Shown here piece after piece: positions 10,681 through 18,933 of a stretch of 56,496 nucleotides of DNA. The stretch's first letter is position 1, and each line of letters opens with the position of its first letter. The DNA comes from Candidatus Woesearchaeota archaeon (GTDB taxonomy: Archaea > Nanobdellota > Nanobdellia > Pacearchaeales > GW2011-AR1): contig CAYRXU010000004.1 of the NCBI GenBank assembly GCA_964428325.1, forward strand, positions 1 to 56,496. The letters run 5' to 3'. The position numbers and the translations under genes were made by a program. The notes under the pieces were generated by a model. The model was not told the DNA's origin and did not search any database. It saw only the letters and a program-made list of their open reading frames with translations.

Positions 10681-11295
10681 TTATTTCGGTACTCCCACCA
10701 ACTGCGGCCGTTTTATAAATCCACTCAATCGAGTCACTACCTCTCTTTGAGGCAATTCAGAATCGATCTCCAAAAGACGATAGTCTCTTTGCGCTTGAGC
10801 GTATCTTTCGCCCAACGTTCTCAGTTCTGGCAAGGTATCTCTCATATCAAGGCCTGCACATAAATGAGAATTATCTAATCCTCTTCTTCTCTGTTCATCC
10901 CAACGAGCAAGTGAAGTTTCTGGAGTCAGCTTGAACAATATAGGATACGTCACGCTGGGTAATTGGTCAGCAATGCGTCGAGACATATCTGCATAAAATG
11001 GTTGCGACACCAATCCCTGCTCTGCATCCGCACCAAGTAAAACCAGCCTGTCGTGAAATCCTCGTTCATAAATGGCAAAATCGCATCCTTTCGTCTCGGC
11101 ATCTCTTCGCGCTCCAACAAAAGCATCAAATAACCGAACATGAAAATCTTCAAGGCCTGCACAATCGCTGAATCGTATCGGTGGTCGTGAAACGCGGGCA
11201 CAGCGATACCCTTCTGATTCCAGAAGTCGCGCTAGAGCCTCTTGTTGAGTTGTTTTACCTGCTCGCGAGAGTCCCAAAAACTCAATAGTCTCCAT
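10681..11295 (-). CDS. dTMP-kinase-like nucleoside monophosphate kinase
   Basis: P-loop GLSRAGKTT, YERGFHD equivalent to the dTMPK/dNK DR/ER motif, LKLTPETSLAR. Confidence 0.75.
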   Translation of the reverse strand: METIEFLGLSRAGKTTQQEALARLLESEGYRCARVSRPPIRFSDCAGLEDFHVRLFDAFVGARRDAETKGCDFAIYERGFHDRLVLLGADAEQGLVSQPFYADMSRRIADQLPSVTYPILFKLTPETSLARWDEQRRRGLDNSHLCAGLDMRDTLPELRTLGERYAQAQRDYRLLEIDSELPQREVVTRLSGFIKRPQLVGVPK

Positions 11296-11989
11296 AATAT
11301 GCCTCCTGCAATTTCTTTGCCTTGCCTGATTTTATCTTATGAGTGATAAGTTCGTAAACGGAGGGGCAGAGCAATTCAATTTTATCCTTTATTTTGAACA
11401 AATCATCGAACTCATTAATATCATCAAAATAACGCAATTGAATACACTCTCCCTGCGTATTGACTGCTAAATCAACGAGTGAGTTTTCGGTGCTCCATCG
11501 AACGTTTTCAAAGATATTCTGTTTGAAAGGCCCTCTTACCCCTATCAAATAAACTCCCCCGTTATGTTCTGGCCCAAAGACGAATTGCTGTTTATCTAAA
11601 TCGTCAAATGCTTTGTTTAAGTCCTGTTCAGTTAGGTAGGGAACATCCATGGGAATGAGAATCGCTTTTTCGTAATTTATATCACCTAATAAAGTAGAAA
11701 AGATTCTGTGAAACTTGATGCTTTGTTTTTCCTGTTTATTTCCTGTTTTAACAGGTTGAACTATGAGTGAGTCAATCCCATACTTCTGCTTGAACAGACG
11801 CGCTTCACGTTTACTATTAACTCCTACAACCAAATCATAATCGTTTGCAAAACGTATGTTTTTAATCAAGTCATCAAAACATCGAACGCTGAGTTCATAT
11901 GCAAAATCCTCTCCCGTGACTTTTCCTACCCGAGTCTTAGTAGCCCCCTTCTCAGGCCACTTAGCATAGATAATAACTACATTCTTCAT
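11282..11989 (-). CDS. DUF2064 / TIGR04282-like (CofC-related) nucleotide-binding transferase
   Basis: AKWPEKGATKTR, MDVPYL, VFGPEHNGGVYLIG, WST. Confidence 0.8.
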   Translation of the reverse strand: MKNVVIIYAKWPEKGATKTRVGKVTGEDFAYELSVRCFDDLIKNIRFANDYDLVVGVNSKREARLFKQKYGIDSLIVQPVKTGNKQEKQSIKFHRIFSTLLGDINYEKAILIPMDVPYLTEQDLNKAFDDLDKQQFVFGPEHNGGVYLIGVRGPFKQNIFENVRWSTENSLVDLAVNTQGECIQLRYFDDINEFDDLFKIKDKIELLCPSVYELITHKIKSGKAKKLQEAYYGDY

Positions 11990-13050
11990 ACAAGTACAGC
12001 CTCCCGACCCTTAGGTTGTTTCGCGCTCACTGTCAGAGTTGTTCCTTTGAGACCTTGATTCCAATATGCAGAATTCAACCCTGGGGCGGTGTAAAGAAAA
12101 TCTCGAGATGCTTGTACTCGCTGCATAATCTCCTCAGAATCGCGCACATCAATCGCATCTCTCAGAGGAATGGTTTTTCCACTCGCATGACACGGCTTGA
12201 TATCTAAAGCAGGGGTTACTAAAATTTCGTTTGATTTGTAACACGCCTTGCACACGTCCTCTCGTCCACATCCAATATCAATAGAAACTCCTTTCGTACC
12301 CCGATACTCAAATACCTGAATAGGTAAATAACTCGTTTGACCTCTAAATGTGCCCTCCGTTCCTAAGGGCTTGGCCCCTAATGCTTCAATCCGTGCAGTT
12401 AGATCAGTTACAGGTTTTCCTTTCCCTGCATGGCAGTCCGAGATAGGCTCAAAATTTAGAAACTTGAACTTGAATCCGCGTTCAGCACAATAATCAAGCG
12501 TTCTTCTCATGCAATTAGGTGAATCGTTTATACCTTCCATAGGAACGTGCTTAATTTCTACCCGAGAACCGTAACCTTCTTCCGCAAATCTATCTAAGTT
12601 AGCCATAACCTGCCCGAATTGGCGCACCGTGCCCTTTGTGAGGGCATTCCACGTATCATAATCGAATGCATGCACCGAAACCCCGACCTTCGTAAAGCCC
12701 TTTAACTGCCCGCGAATGTGCCGTTCTCGCAATGCGATCCCGTTGGTATGAATAAATCGTTTTCCGATCGCGCGTTCCTCCAATCCATCCATAATGCGTT
12801 CAAGCTCAGGATGTAACGATGGATCTCCGCCAGTCAAAGCAACATGATCTAATCCTTGTTCCTTCAAGGCCCCAACCAAGTAGAGAAGTGAATCCGTATC
12901 AACATGTGACAAATTACGCTGTTCTGGCCCCATACCTTCGTTAGAACAAAATACGCATCCTAAATTGCAATAATCAGTTATTGCCACTCGTAATGGAACC
13001 GCTTTCAGAATTTCTCTCAAGCCAGCATTCATAAGTACACTTAGGCTCAA
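11986..13050 (-). CDS. MoaA-like radical SAM enzyme with twitch-type auxiliary cysteines (probable ATG at 13032)
   Basis: CNLGCVFC (CxxxCxxC), LTGGDP, C-terminal CKAC...KPC. Confidence 0.85.
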   Translation of the reverse strand: MSLSVLMNAGLREILKAVPLRVAITDYCNLGCVFCSNEGMGPEQRNLSHVDTDSLLYLVGALKEQGLDHVALTGGDPSLHPELERIMDGLEERAIGKRFIHTNGIALRERHIRGQLKGFTKVGVSVHAFDYDTWNALTKGTVRQFGQVMANLDRFAEEGYGSRVEIKHVPMEGINDSPNCMRRTLDYCAERGFKFKFLNFEPISDCHAGKGKPVTDLTARIEALGAKPLGTEGTFRGQTSYLPIQVFEYRGTKGVSIDIGCGREDVCKACYKSNEILVTPALDIKPCHASGKTIPLRDAIDVRDSEEIMQRVQASRDFLYTAPGLNSAYWNQGLKGTTLTVSAKQPKGREAVLV

Positions 13051-13138
13051 ATTTTTATATACTTTTTGCGTTTATATTTACTTCTTATACATAAATATAT
13101 ATTTTGGGAAGATTTAAATACCTTTTACGTTTCCGCAA

Positions 13139-14056
13139 TTGATGCAACGAAAGATCGTTAAGCATGGAAAAAGCACCTTAAGTGTCTCGCTTCCTTCTAA
13201 GTATGTACAAGCTAATAATCTCAAAAACGGGCAACTGATGAATATTGAGGTATCAAAAGGAAAACTTATTCTGTCAGCAAAAGAAAAGCACTTTGATAAG
13301 ATAGAGACTGATCTTACTGAAAGTGAAGAGTGGCCTATTGTTCGGATTCTTAGACATCTCTATACGGCGGGGTATGATGAAATCGATGTTAAATATACGC
13401 AGCAAAAATTGCCCCTTATCCGAAAGAGTTTACATCACATCACGGGTTTGGAAATTGTAGAGGTAGGCCCAACTCATTGTAAACTAAAATGCATGAGCTC
13501 TCTTGATGAAAATGAGTACGATTCTCTTATCAAGCGTATTATGTGGATGGTTTTATCTGAATTTGATCGTTTTCTAGAAGATATCGCGGGAGGAACACTT
13601 GCCACTGATGAAGTTCAAGAAATACTTAACACCGTAAGCAGATTATGCAACCTTTGCAAGCGCATCATCAATAAAAAGAGTATTTATGACTCAACGGATA
13701 GCATCTATGCCTATGATTTTATTGATTCTATGATTGAAATGTCGGTTTTAGTGCTCTACGCTTATGATTATCTTAAGAAAAATAAGAATATCAAACTTAC
13801 AGAAAAAGAAGTCGCTTTCATAAAACAGACTCGCGACTATTTTTATGATCTTATCTTAGCCTATCAAAACACCAATCTAGAGAAGACAAGAACATTTTTT
13901 GAGCAAAGAAAAGAGACGTTTGATGATTTCCTTGAATTACTTAATGGCAAAAATCCTGTGATTATGCATTATTTTCTGATGATCTTGCGTAATTTAACCC
14001 CTGTTGGCAACCATATCATTATGTTAGGCCTGAGAAAGAAAGATAAGCAGCAATAA
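13139..14056 (+). CDS. AbrB-N / PhoU-like transcriptional regulator
   Basis: RKIVKHGKSTLSVSLP AbrB-type N-terminus, LRHLYTAGYDEI, helical PhoU-like remainder. Confidence 0.75.
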   Translation: MMQRKIVKHGKSTLSVSLPSKYVQANNLKNGQLMNIEVSKGKLILSAKEKHFDKIETDLTESEEWPIVRILRHLYTAGYDEIDVKYTQQKLPLIRKSLHHITGLEIVEVGPTHCKLKCMSSLDENEYDSLIKRIMWMVLSEFDRFLEDIAGGTLATDEVQEILNTVSRLCNLCKRIINKKSIYDSTDSIYAYDFIDSMIEMSVLVLYAYDYLKKNKNIKLTEKEVAFIKQTRDYFYDLILAYQNTNLEKTRTFFEQRKETFDDFLELLNGKNPVIMHYFLMILRNLTPVGNHIIMLGLRKKDKQQ

Positions 14057-14595
14057 TGGAACAGGAAACGTCATTTATTCATACTAGTGATTTGCATCTC
14101 AATGGAGAAAAAAGCAGATTCAACGTATTCTCTCGCATCGTTTCACTTTGCATAAAGAATAAAGTCGCAGGTCTCATCATTGCAGGCGATCTCTTCGATG
14201 AAGATGCAAGCAAAGCCACTATAAAGAAAGGATACGCACAATTCAATCGGTTAGGAAAATCTCACACAAACGTCTATTTAATCAGAGGAGATGAAGATGC
14301 AAAAATAAAGCTGGATAAATTACCCCCAAATGTCAGACTATTTAGAAACAACAGTACATTTTCGATAGACAGATATAAAATTGGCCTATTTCACGGACGT
14401 CCTGAAAATATGAAGTCAAAATCAAAAATAGACTATATGGCTCTAGGCCACTTTCACGATTTAACTAAGGTCAACTCTCGAGCTTATTACTCGGGTTCTC
14501 CGATTCCTTCCTTGAAGTATAAGAGAAAGCGAAGATATGTGATACTTATCAAATTCCATGATAAAGATATTAGTTTCTCAAAAATCAGATTTTAG
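14056..14595 (+). CDS. Calcineurin-like metallophosphoesterase (Mre11/SbcD nuclease-domain-like)
   Basis: SDLH, AGDLFD, FHG, LGHFH, YSGSP; GNH motif replaced by GDE. Confidence 0.75.
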   Translation: MEQETSFIHTSDLHLNGEKSRFNVFSRIVSLCIKNKVAGLIIAGDLFDEDASKATIKKGYAQFNRLGKSHTNVYLIRGDEDAKIKLDKLPPNVRLFRNNSTFSIDRYKIGLFHGRPENMKSKSKIDYMALGHFHDLTKVNSRAYYSGSPIPSLKYKRKRRYVILIKFHDKDISFSKIRF

Positions 14596-14918
14596 TCGTT
14601 TCCTTCGCCTTCATCATGCTCTTCTGGCCCTAAAGAAAGATTTCCTATTTCAAAATCGATGTCTTTATCATACTTAGGATCAAGAATACGCTCGAGTAAA
14701 AAACGTAATTTAGGTCTTAATTGTTCACGAACTTCTTGTGGAACATCTGCTTCATAAGCAGAAGTCAAAGTCAAATACCTTTCTGATTTCAAGAAGTCAT
14801 GCCTTCCCTTTTCGAACCATTCTTCCTTCGGAAAACTAGCTGCGTGAGTAAGCAAGCTATCAAGATAAGTATGATGGGCGTGTGCAATTCGCACTACGTC
14901 ATTGGTGTGATAAGTCAT
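14592..14918 (-). CDS. Hypothetical protein
   Basis: Strong AAAGGAGG Shine-Dalgarno; overlaps the methyltransferase stop. Confidence 0.6.
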   Translation of the reverse strand: MTYHTNDVVRIAHAHHTYLDSLLTHAASFPKEEWFEKGRHDFLKSERYLTLTSAYEADVPQEVREQLRPKLRFLLERILDPKYDKDIDFEIGNLSLGPEEHDEGEGND

Positions 14919-15747
14919 TTTGTCCTCCTTTCAAATCGGGTTTAACTGCGCGCAGGATACCTTTGCGAAATGTCGCCTGAATATCTCGACCTTTATCTGT
15001 AAAATTGATGGATTCCTTGACATGTTCTGGAACAACAGCACGAATGAAATCGTTCAATTCTTCAAGTTTAGACTCGTTTCCGCCTAACTCCGTATGCAGG
15101 CGTTTTTCAGAAGAGAAGGGATAGGGAATTTCTTGAACTAATTCAATATTATAAAATCCAGCCTTTTCTAAATAATTGCGTAATTCTTCCTCACGAGGAA
15201 GATAGCGGTTAAGAGCCATATCATAAAACCCAGCAAGACGATTCTTTTCATGCACAATCGTCTGAAACACGAGCTGTTCAATATGCCCTTTAAACATTAA
15301 ATCCCAAATAACAAGGATTCCGCCTGGCTTCAAGGCCCGATAAGCTTGAGCTATGACTTTATATTGATCTTTGCGAGGCACCTCATGAACACCCATTTTG
15401 ATCGCGATCCTATCAACACTTTCATCCGCAAGACTCAAAGAACGAACGTCCTCGTAGAGACGAATAACAGAAAAATCAGGCAGTTCAACTTTGCTTCTAT
15501 CGATTTGTTCCTTAGCAAAATCAATCAGAAGAGCATTGATCTTAATGTTCTGGGATTTGCAATAGTCGAGAATAGCTTTAGTTACGGACCCGTAACCAGA
15601 CATCAGATCAACAAAAACCTGACCATCCTTTAAATCTAGGCTTCTGGCTATAACTGTCAAATTCTCAGACGAAACGTTATGAATCTCTTCATAGCGTACG
15701 TTTCGCTTGTTCCATCCTTGTGTATGATCTTCCATACAAAGTCGCAA
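14899..15747 (-). CDS. Class I SAM-dependent methyltransferase (probable ATG at 15735)
   Basis: VDLMSGYG motif I, LADESVD, LKPGGILVIWD. Confidence 0.85.
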   Translation of the reverse strand: MRLCMEDHTQGWNKRNVRYEEIHNVSSENLTVIARSLDLKDGQVFVDLMSGYGSVTKAILDYCKSQNIKINALLIDFAKEQIDRSKVELPDFSVIRLYEDVRSLSLADESVDRIAIKMGVHEVPRKDQYKVIAQAYRALKPGGILVIWDLMFKGHIEQLVFQTIVHEKNRLAGFYDMALNRYLPREEELRNYLEKAGFYNIELVQEIPYPFSSEKRLHTELGGNESKLEELNDFIRAVVPEHVKESINFTDKGRDIQATFRKGILRAVKPDLKGGQNDLSHQ

Positions 15748-15771
15748 AAAGAACCAGTTTTAAATTACATG

Positions 15772-15787
15772 TGTCTAATTTTAGACA
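15772..15787. promoter_or_regulatory. Palindromic operator candidate between divergent TATA boxes
   Basis: Perfect TGTCTAA-TT-TTAGACA between TTTAAA boxes facing the methyltransferase and the TrmB-like gene. Confidence 0.55.
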
Positions 15788-15818
15788 ACTTTAAATAGAA
15801 GGAAAACTTGCAAAGATA

Positions 15819-16523
15819 ATGAACGTACAAGACCTAACTAAATTTGGATTGACTCAAGCAGAAGCTATTGTCTATCAGGCTGTATTAAAGCTCAAAACTT
15901 GTACTGTGAAGCAAATTGCACACGAAAGCGGATTTCACCGCACTAATATTTACGATGTTCTTGAGCAACTGAAAGAGAAAGGCCTTGTAAGTTACTTCCA
16001 AGAGGGCAAAGTAATGAAATACGGCCCCACCAATCCCAATAATTTCTATGAACTACTTAATGAAAAGAAAGAACTTTTAGATACTTTCTTTCCTCAATTA
16101 AAAACCCTCTATGAAAGTTCGCCACAGGATGTCAAGGTCGAAATTTTCAAGGGTGGAGAGGGGATGAAGGCTGCATGGAGAGAGATGGTGCGAGAACGCA
16201 AACCAATCCATGCATTTGGAGTAAAGGGACAACTACGTGAAAAGTTACCTATATATGCCGAACAGTTTTTGCGAGATCTTAAACATTATAGAATTCCTTA
16301 TACCGCGATTTATACTAAACGGGGCAATGATCCTTCTTACTTTACGGATATTCGTTATGTTTCAGAAGAATTGAGTGGCCCCGTAGCGACTTTTATTTAT
16401 GGAGATAAAGTTAATATTAATATTTGGGAACCATCCATGGTTTGCATCCTAATACACTCAAAGCTTGTCGCCGACATGTATAAAAAACATTTTGATTTGT
16501 TATGGAAGGTAGCCAAAAAATGA
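15819..16523 (+). CDS. TrmB-family transcriptional regulator
   Basis: FGLTQAEAIVY...RTNIYDVLEQLKEKGLV wHTH; TrmB-like C-terminus. Confidence 0.9.
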   Translation: MNVQDLTKFGLTQAEAIVYQAVLKLKTCTVKQIAHESGFHRTNIYDVLEQLKEKGLVSYFQEGKVMKYGPTNPNNFYELLNEKKELLDTFFPQLKTLYESSPQDVKVEIFKGGEGMKAAWREMVRERKPIHAFGVKGQLREKLPIYAEQFLRDLKHYRIPYTAIYTKRGNDPSYFTDIRYVSEELSGPVATFIYGDKVNINIWEPSMVCILIHSKLVADMYKKHFDLLWKVAKK

Positions 16524-16927
16524 AAATACGAAAGGCAAACTCGAAGGACATTAAATCTTTAGAAGAAATAAATCTTATTGCTCAAAAAGATCAAGGCTGG
16601 TGGATACCACAAAACGCCTCTTTTTATAGAAAATTTCTCAAAAACAAGAATAATGACGTTTATTTGGCGTTAGAGAAAGATGTTCTTGTTGGCTTTTTAA
16701 CTCTAGAATATAATAAGGAACGTAAAAGTACGTGGATTAATGACCTCTACGTATTGCCTGAAGCGCGAGGCAAGGGTATTGCAAAGAATCTTGTTAAAAT
16801 GGCTCTGAGCTATTGGAAAAGTAAGTCTAAGTCAGTTGTCTTGCTAACAGCAGATAGAAATCTTACTGTATTCGAGAAGCTCGGCTTTAAGAAAGCCATG
16901 AATTTTATGGAGTACCATAAGAAATGA
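16520..16927 (+). CDS. GNAT acetyltransferase
   Basis: LYVLPEARGKGIA acetyl-CoA motif, FEKLGF; ATG overlaps the TrmB stop. Confidence 0.9.
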   Translation: MKIRKANSKDIKSLEEINLIAQKDQGWWIPQNASFYRKFLKNKNNDVYLALEKDVLVGFLTLEYNKERKSTWINDLYVLPEARGKGIAKNLVKMALSYWKSKSKSVVLLTADRNLTVFEKLGFKKAMNFMEYHKK

Positions 16928-17253
16928 AATCGGTAAAAATAGCAGTCTTTGTACCATTAACGCATACGGATAAGGTTCGAGAAGCAATTGGAAAAGCTGG
17001 AGGCGGAATTATTGGAAATTATGATTATTGTAGCTTTTCGAGCAGAGGAATGGGAAGATTCAAACCAAATGAAAAGGCAAATCCCCATATAGGCAAGGCG
17101 AATAAGCTAGAGTCCGTTGAAGAAGAAAGAATAGAATTTGTATGTCTAAGAAATAAGGCAAAGTCAATTATTAAGGCCATAAAGAAAGTGCATCCCTATG
17201 AAGAGGTTGCCCTTGATATTTATCCTTTGATTGAAGAAGAGGAACTAAAATGA
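16924..17253 (+). CDS. YqfO/NIF3 PII-like insertion domain, stand-alone
   Basis: GAG/GGGxIGNYDxCSF, GRFKP, HPYEEVA. Confidence 0.85.
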   Translation: MKSVKIAVFVPLTHTDKVREAIGKAGGGIIGNYDYCSFSSRGMGRFKPNEKANPHIGKANKLESVEEERIEFVCLRNKAKSIIKAIKKVHPYEEVALDIYPLIEEEELK

Positions 17254-18125
17254 ATTTTGGCATCTTTATTGCGATACTTTCACCAATTCTTTTTGGTATA
17301 ATGAACACATTCGATAAATTTGTAGTCTCGCATCGAGTAAAAGATACAATCGGTTATGCGGTTGTTGCCGGACTAGTAAACGTCGTTTTAGGACTCGTCC
17401 TAGTATTTTTCTTAAATTGGCAAGGTCTAACTGCCCATGATTTGATGTTTCCGATACTTGCAGGAGTATTTTCGGGAGCTTGCTATTACCTATACTTCTA
17501 TATAATGCGAGATTCAGACGCATCTTATCTTGTAGGGTTTGCATATTTATTTCCCATAGTGGTGGCGGCTCTCGCGTTTATCTTTCTCCACGAAAGACTT
17601 TCACCACTAGCTTACGCGGCAGCAGCTCTGGTGCTCTTGGGAGTAATTCTACTCTCAGTTAGAGCGAAAAAGATGAAACTTAGCATCCTAGTAATTCCTC
17701 TAGCGATCTACATTCTTCTATTGGGAGGATATGAATTTTTCATTAAAGTATCCACATTAAATATTTCATTTATGCAGGGGCTTGCTATTACTACACTCTT
17801 TGCAGGTATAACAGTTCTTTTGGGCCTCTCTACTAAACGAGTTCGTGCAGGGTTCAGAAAAGAGCTAAAGAATATTCGCTGGGCGTTTGTAAGTGAGTTC
17901 TTTACACTAGGCGCAGTCTTAACCCTATATTTAGCAATGTCTTTACTGCCCGCAACGGTAGTTACTGCCATAGCAGCTACACAACCTTTAGCAGTCTTAG
18001 TCTTTGAGAGAATAGTTCACGCACGTTATGGTAAAATGACTAAGGATGTAACTTTATTACCTAAACTTGGGGCAATTCTAATGATAGTGGCGGGAGTTAT
18101 ACTGTTGAGTATAGTTTCGTCTTAG
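17250..18125 (+). CDS. EamA/DMT-family transporter
   Basis: About 10 TMs in two repeats, FLHERLS motif. Confidence 0.85.
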   Translation: MNFGIFIAILSPILFGIMNTFDKFVVSHRVKDTIGYAVVAGLVNVVLGLVLVFFLNWQGLTAHDLMFPILAGVFSGACYYLYFYIMRDSDASYLVGFAYLFPIVVAALAFIFLHERLSPLAYAAAALVLLGVILLSVRAKKMKLSILVIPLAIYILLLGGYEFFIKVSTLNISFMQGLAITTLFAGITVLLGLSTKRVRAGFRKELKNIRWAFVSEFFTLGAVLTLYLAMSLLPATVVTAIAATQPLAVLVFERIVHARYGKMTKDVTLLPKLGAILMIVAGVILLSIVSS

Positions 18126-18130
18126 CAAAA

Positions 18131-18355
18131 ATGAAATTCAAAATAGTCGAATATAATATTTTAGACGGAATACACACGTTCGATGGACCTCCAAAATTAC
18201 AGAAAGAACGTCTACAACAGGTCAAGCAAGTTATCAAATCGCTCAATCCCGATGAACGAAGACAGAGATTGATAAAGGCGTTTAATCTAGCTTTTAGAAT
18301 GTATGATGAAAATAGCAAAAAAATTCTTCTTCCAGGCCAAGGTTATGCAGTATAA
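18131..18355 (+). CDS. Hypothetical protein
   Basis: 74-aa ORF directly after EamA, inside the element. Confidence 0.4.
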   Translation: MKFKIVEYNILDGIHTFDGPPKLQKERLQQVKQVIKSLNPDERRQRLIKAFNLAFRMYDENSKKILLPGQGYAV

Positions 18356-18406
18356 TATTCTAGTAGTCACAGTTTAGTGGTCGACAATCCTTAAAAACAT
18401 CCATCT

Positions 18407-18447
18407 CATGGACATCTAAAGGGCAAATGCCCACTCAAATCACATAA
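18407..18447 (-). repeat. Right subterminal inverted arm of the element
   Basis: Reverse complement matches 63-103 at 32/41. Confidence 0.85.
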
Positions 18448-18459
18448 AGGGGTGTTGCT

Positions 18460-18472
18460 CGGCAGGGGCATC
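18460..18472 (+). repeat. attR core
   Basis: CGGCAGGGGCATC, identical to 44-56. Confidence 0.9.
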
Positions 18473-18509
18473 ATATTTATATATAAGAAAAAATAAAATA
18501 AAATAAAAT

Positions 18510-18905
18510 ATGAAGAGCAAAATTGCATACCACATTGTACGAGTCATTCTTGGTCTTGCATGGTTATTCTTCGGAATAGGTAAGTTCCTTCCAATGAACA
18601 ATGCTGCTCTTGCACAGCCAGCAATGGACTTCTTTGCAGCCATGGTCGCAACGGGATATTTCATGCCGTTCCTAGGTGTGGCCGAGATCCTTGTAGGACT
18701 CTTGCTCCTTGCAAATCGATGGGTTCCACTTTCAATGATGATTGTTTCACCAATTATGTTGAATATCATCTTGTTCAACCTATTCCTAGCTCCAAGCTTA
18801 TTCGGCGCAATAATAATGATTATATTCGTAGCTCTTCAAGCGTACATCATGTACCACACATGGGAAGCATACAAACCATTGCTCCGAGCACATTACCATA
18901 ATTAA
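18510..18905 (+). CDS. DoxX-family membrane protein
   Basis: RVILGLAWLFFG, AEILVGLLLL; 4 TMs; TATA box upstream. Confidence 0.8.
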   Translation: MKSKIAYHIVRVILGLAWLFFGIGKFLPMNNAALAQPAMDFFAAMVATGYFMPFLGVAEILVGLLLLANRWVPLSMMIVSPIMLNIILFNLFLAPSLFGAIIMIIFVALQAYIMYHTWEAYKPLLRAHYHN

Positions 18906-18933
18906 TCTCTGATTTCTGTAGAAAAAAGAAGTA

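Larger units (their letters stand above)
44..18472. mobile_element. 18.4-kb integrative element / defence island at tRNA-Glu(TTC)
   Basis: Direct repeat CGGCAGGGGCATC at both ends, integrase next to the left end, inverted arms inside both ends, accessory cargo. Confidence 0.9.

Noticed and set aside
11986-13050. Direct annotation as moaA or as viperin
   Set aside because: Key MoaA arginines appear substituted and no Moco genes are nearby; the twitch cysteines argue against a typical viperin. Left as MoaA-like.
11282-15747. Arsenosugar pathway (DUF2064 + radical SAM + ArsM)
   Set aside because: The methyltransferase lacks the multiple cysteines expected of ArsM, the radical SAM is not ArsS-like, and there are no ars genes.
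63-18447. Terminal inverted repeats read as a DDE transposon or casposon
   Set aside because: No transposase, Cas1 or PolB; the flanking duplication is the tRNA 3' end next to a tyrosine integrase.
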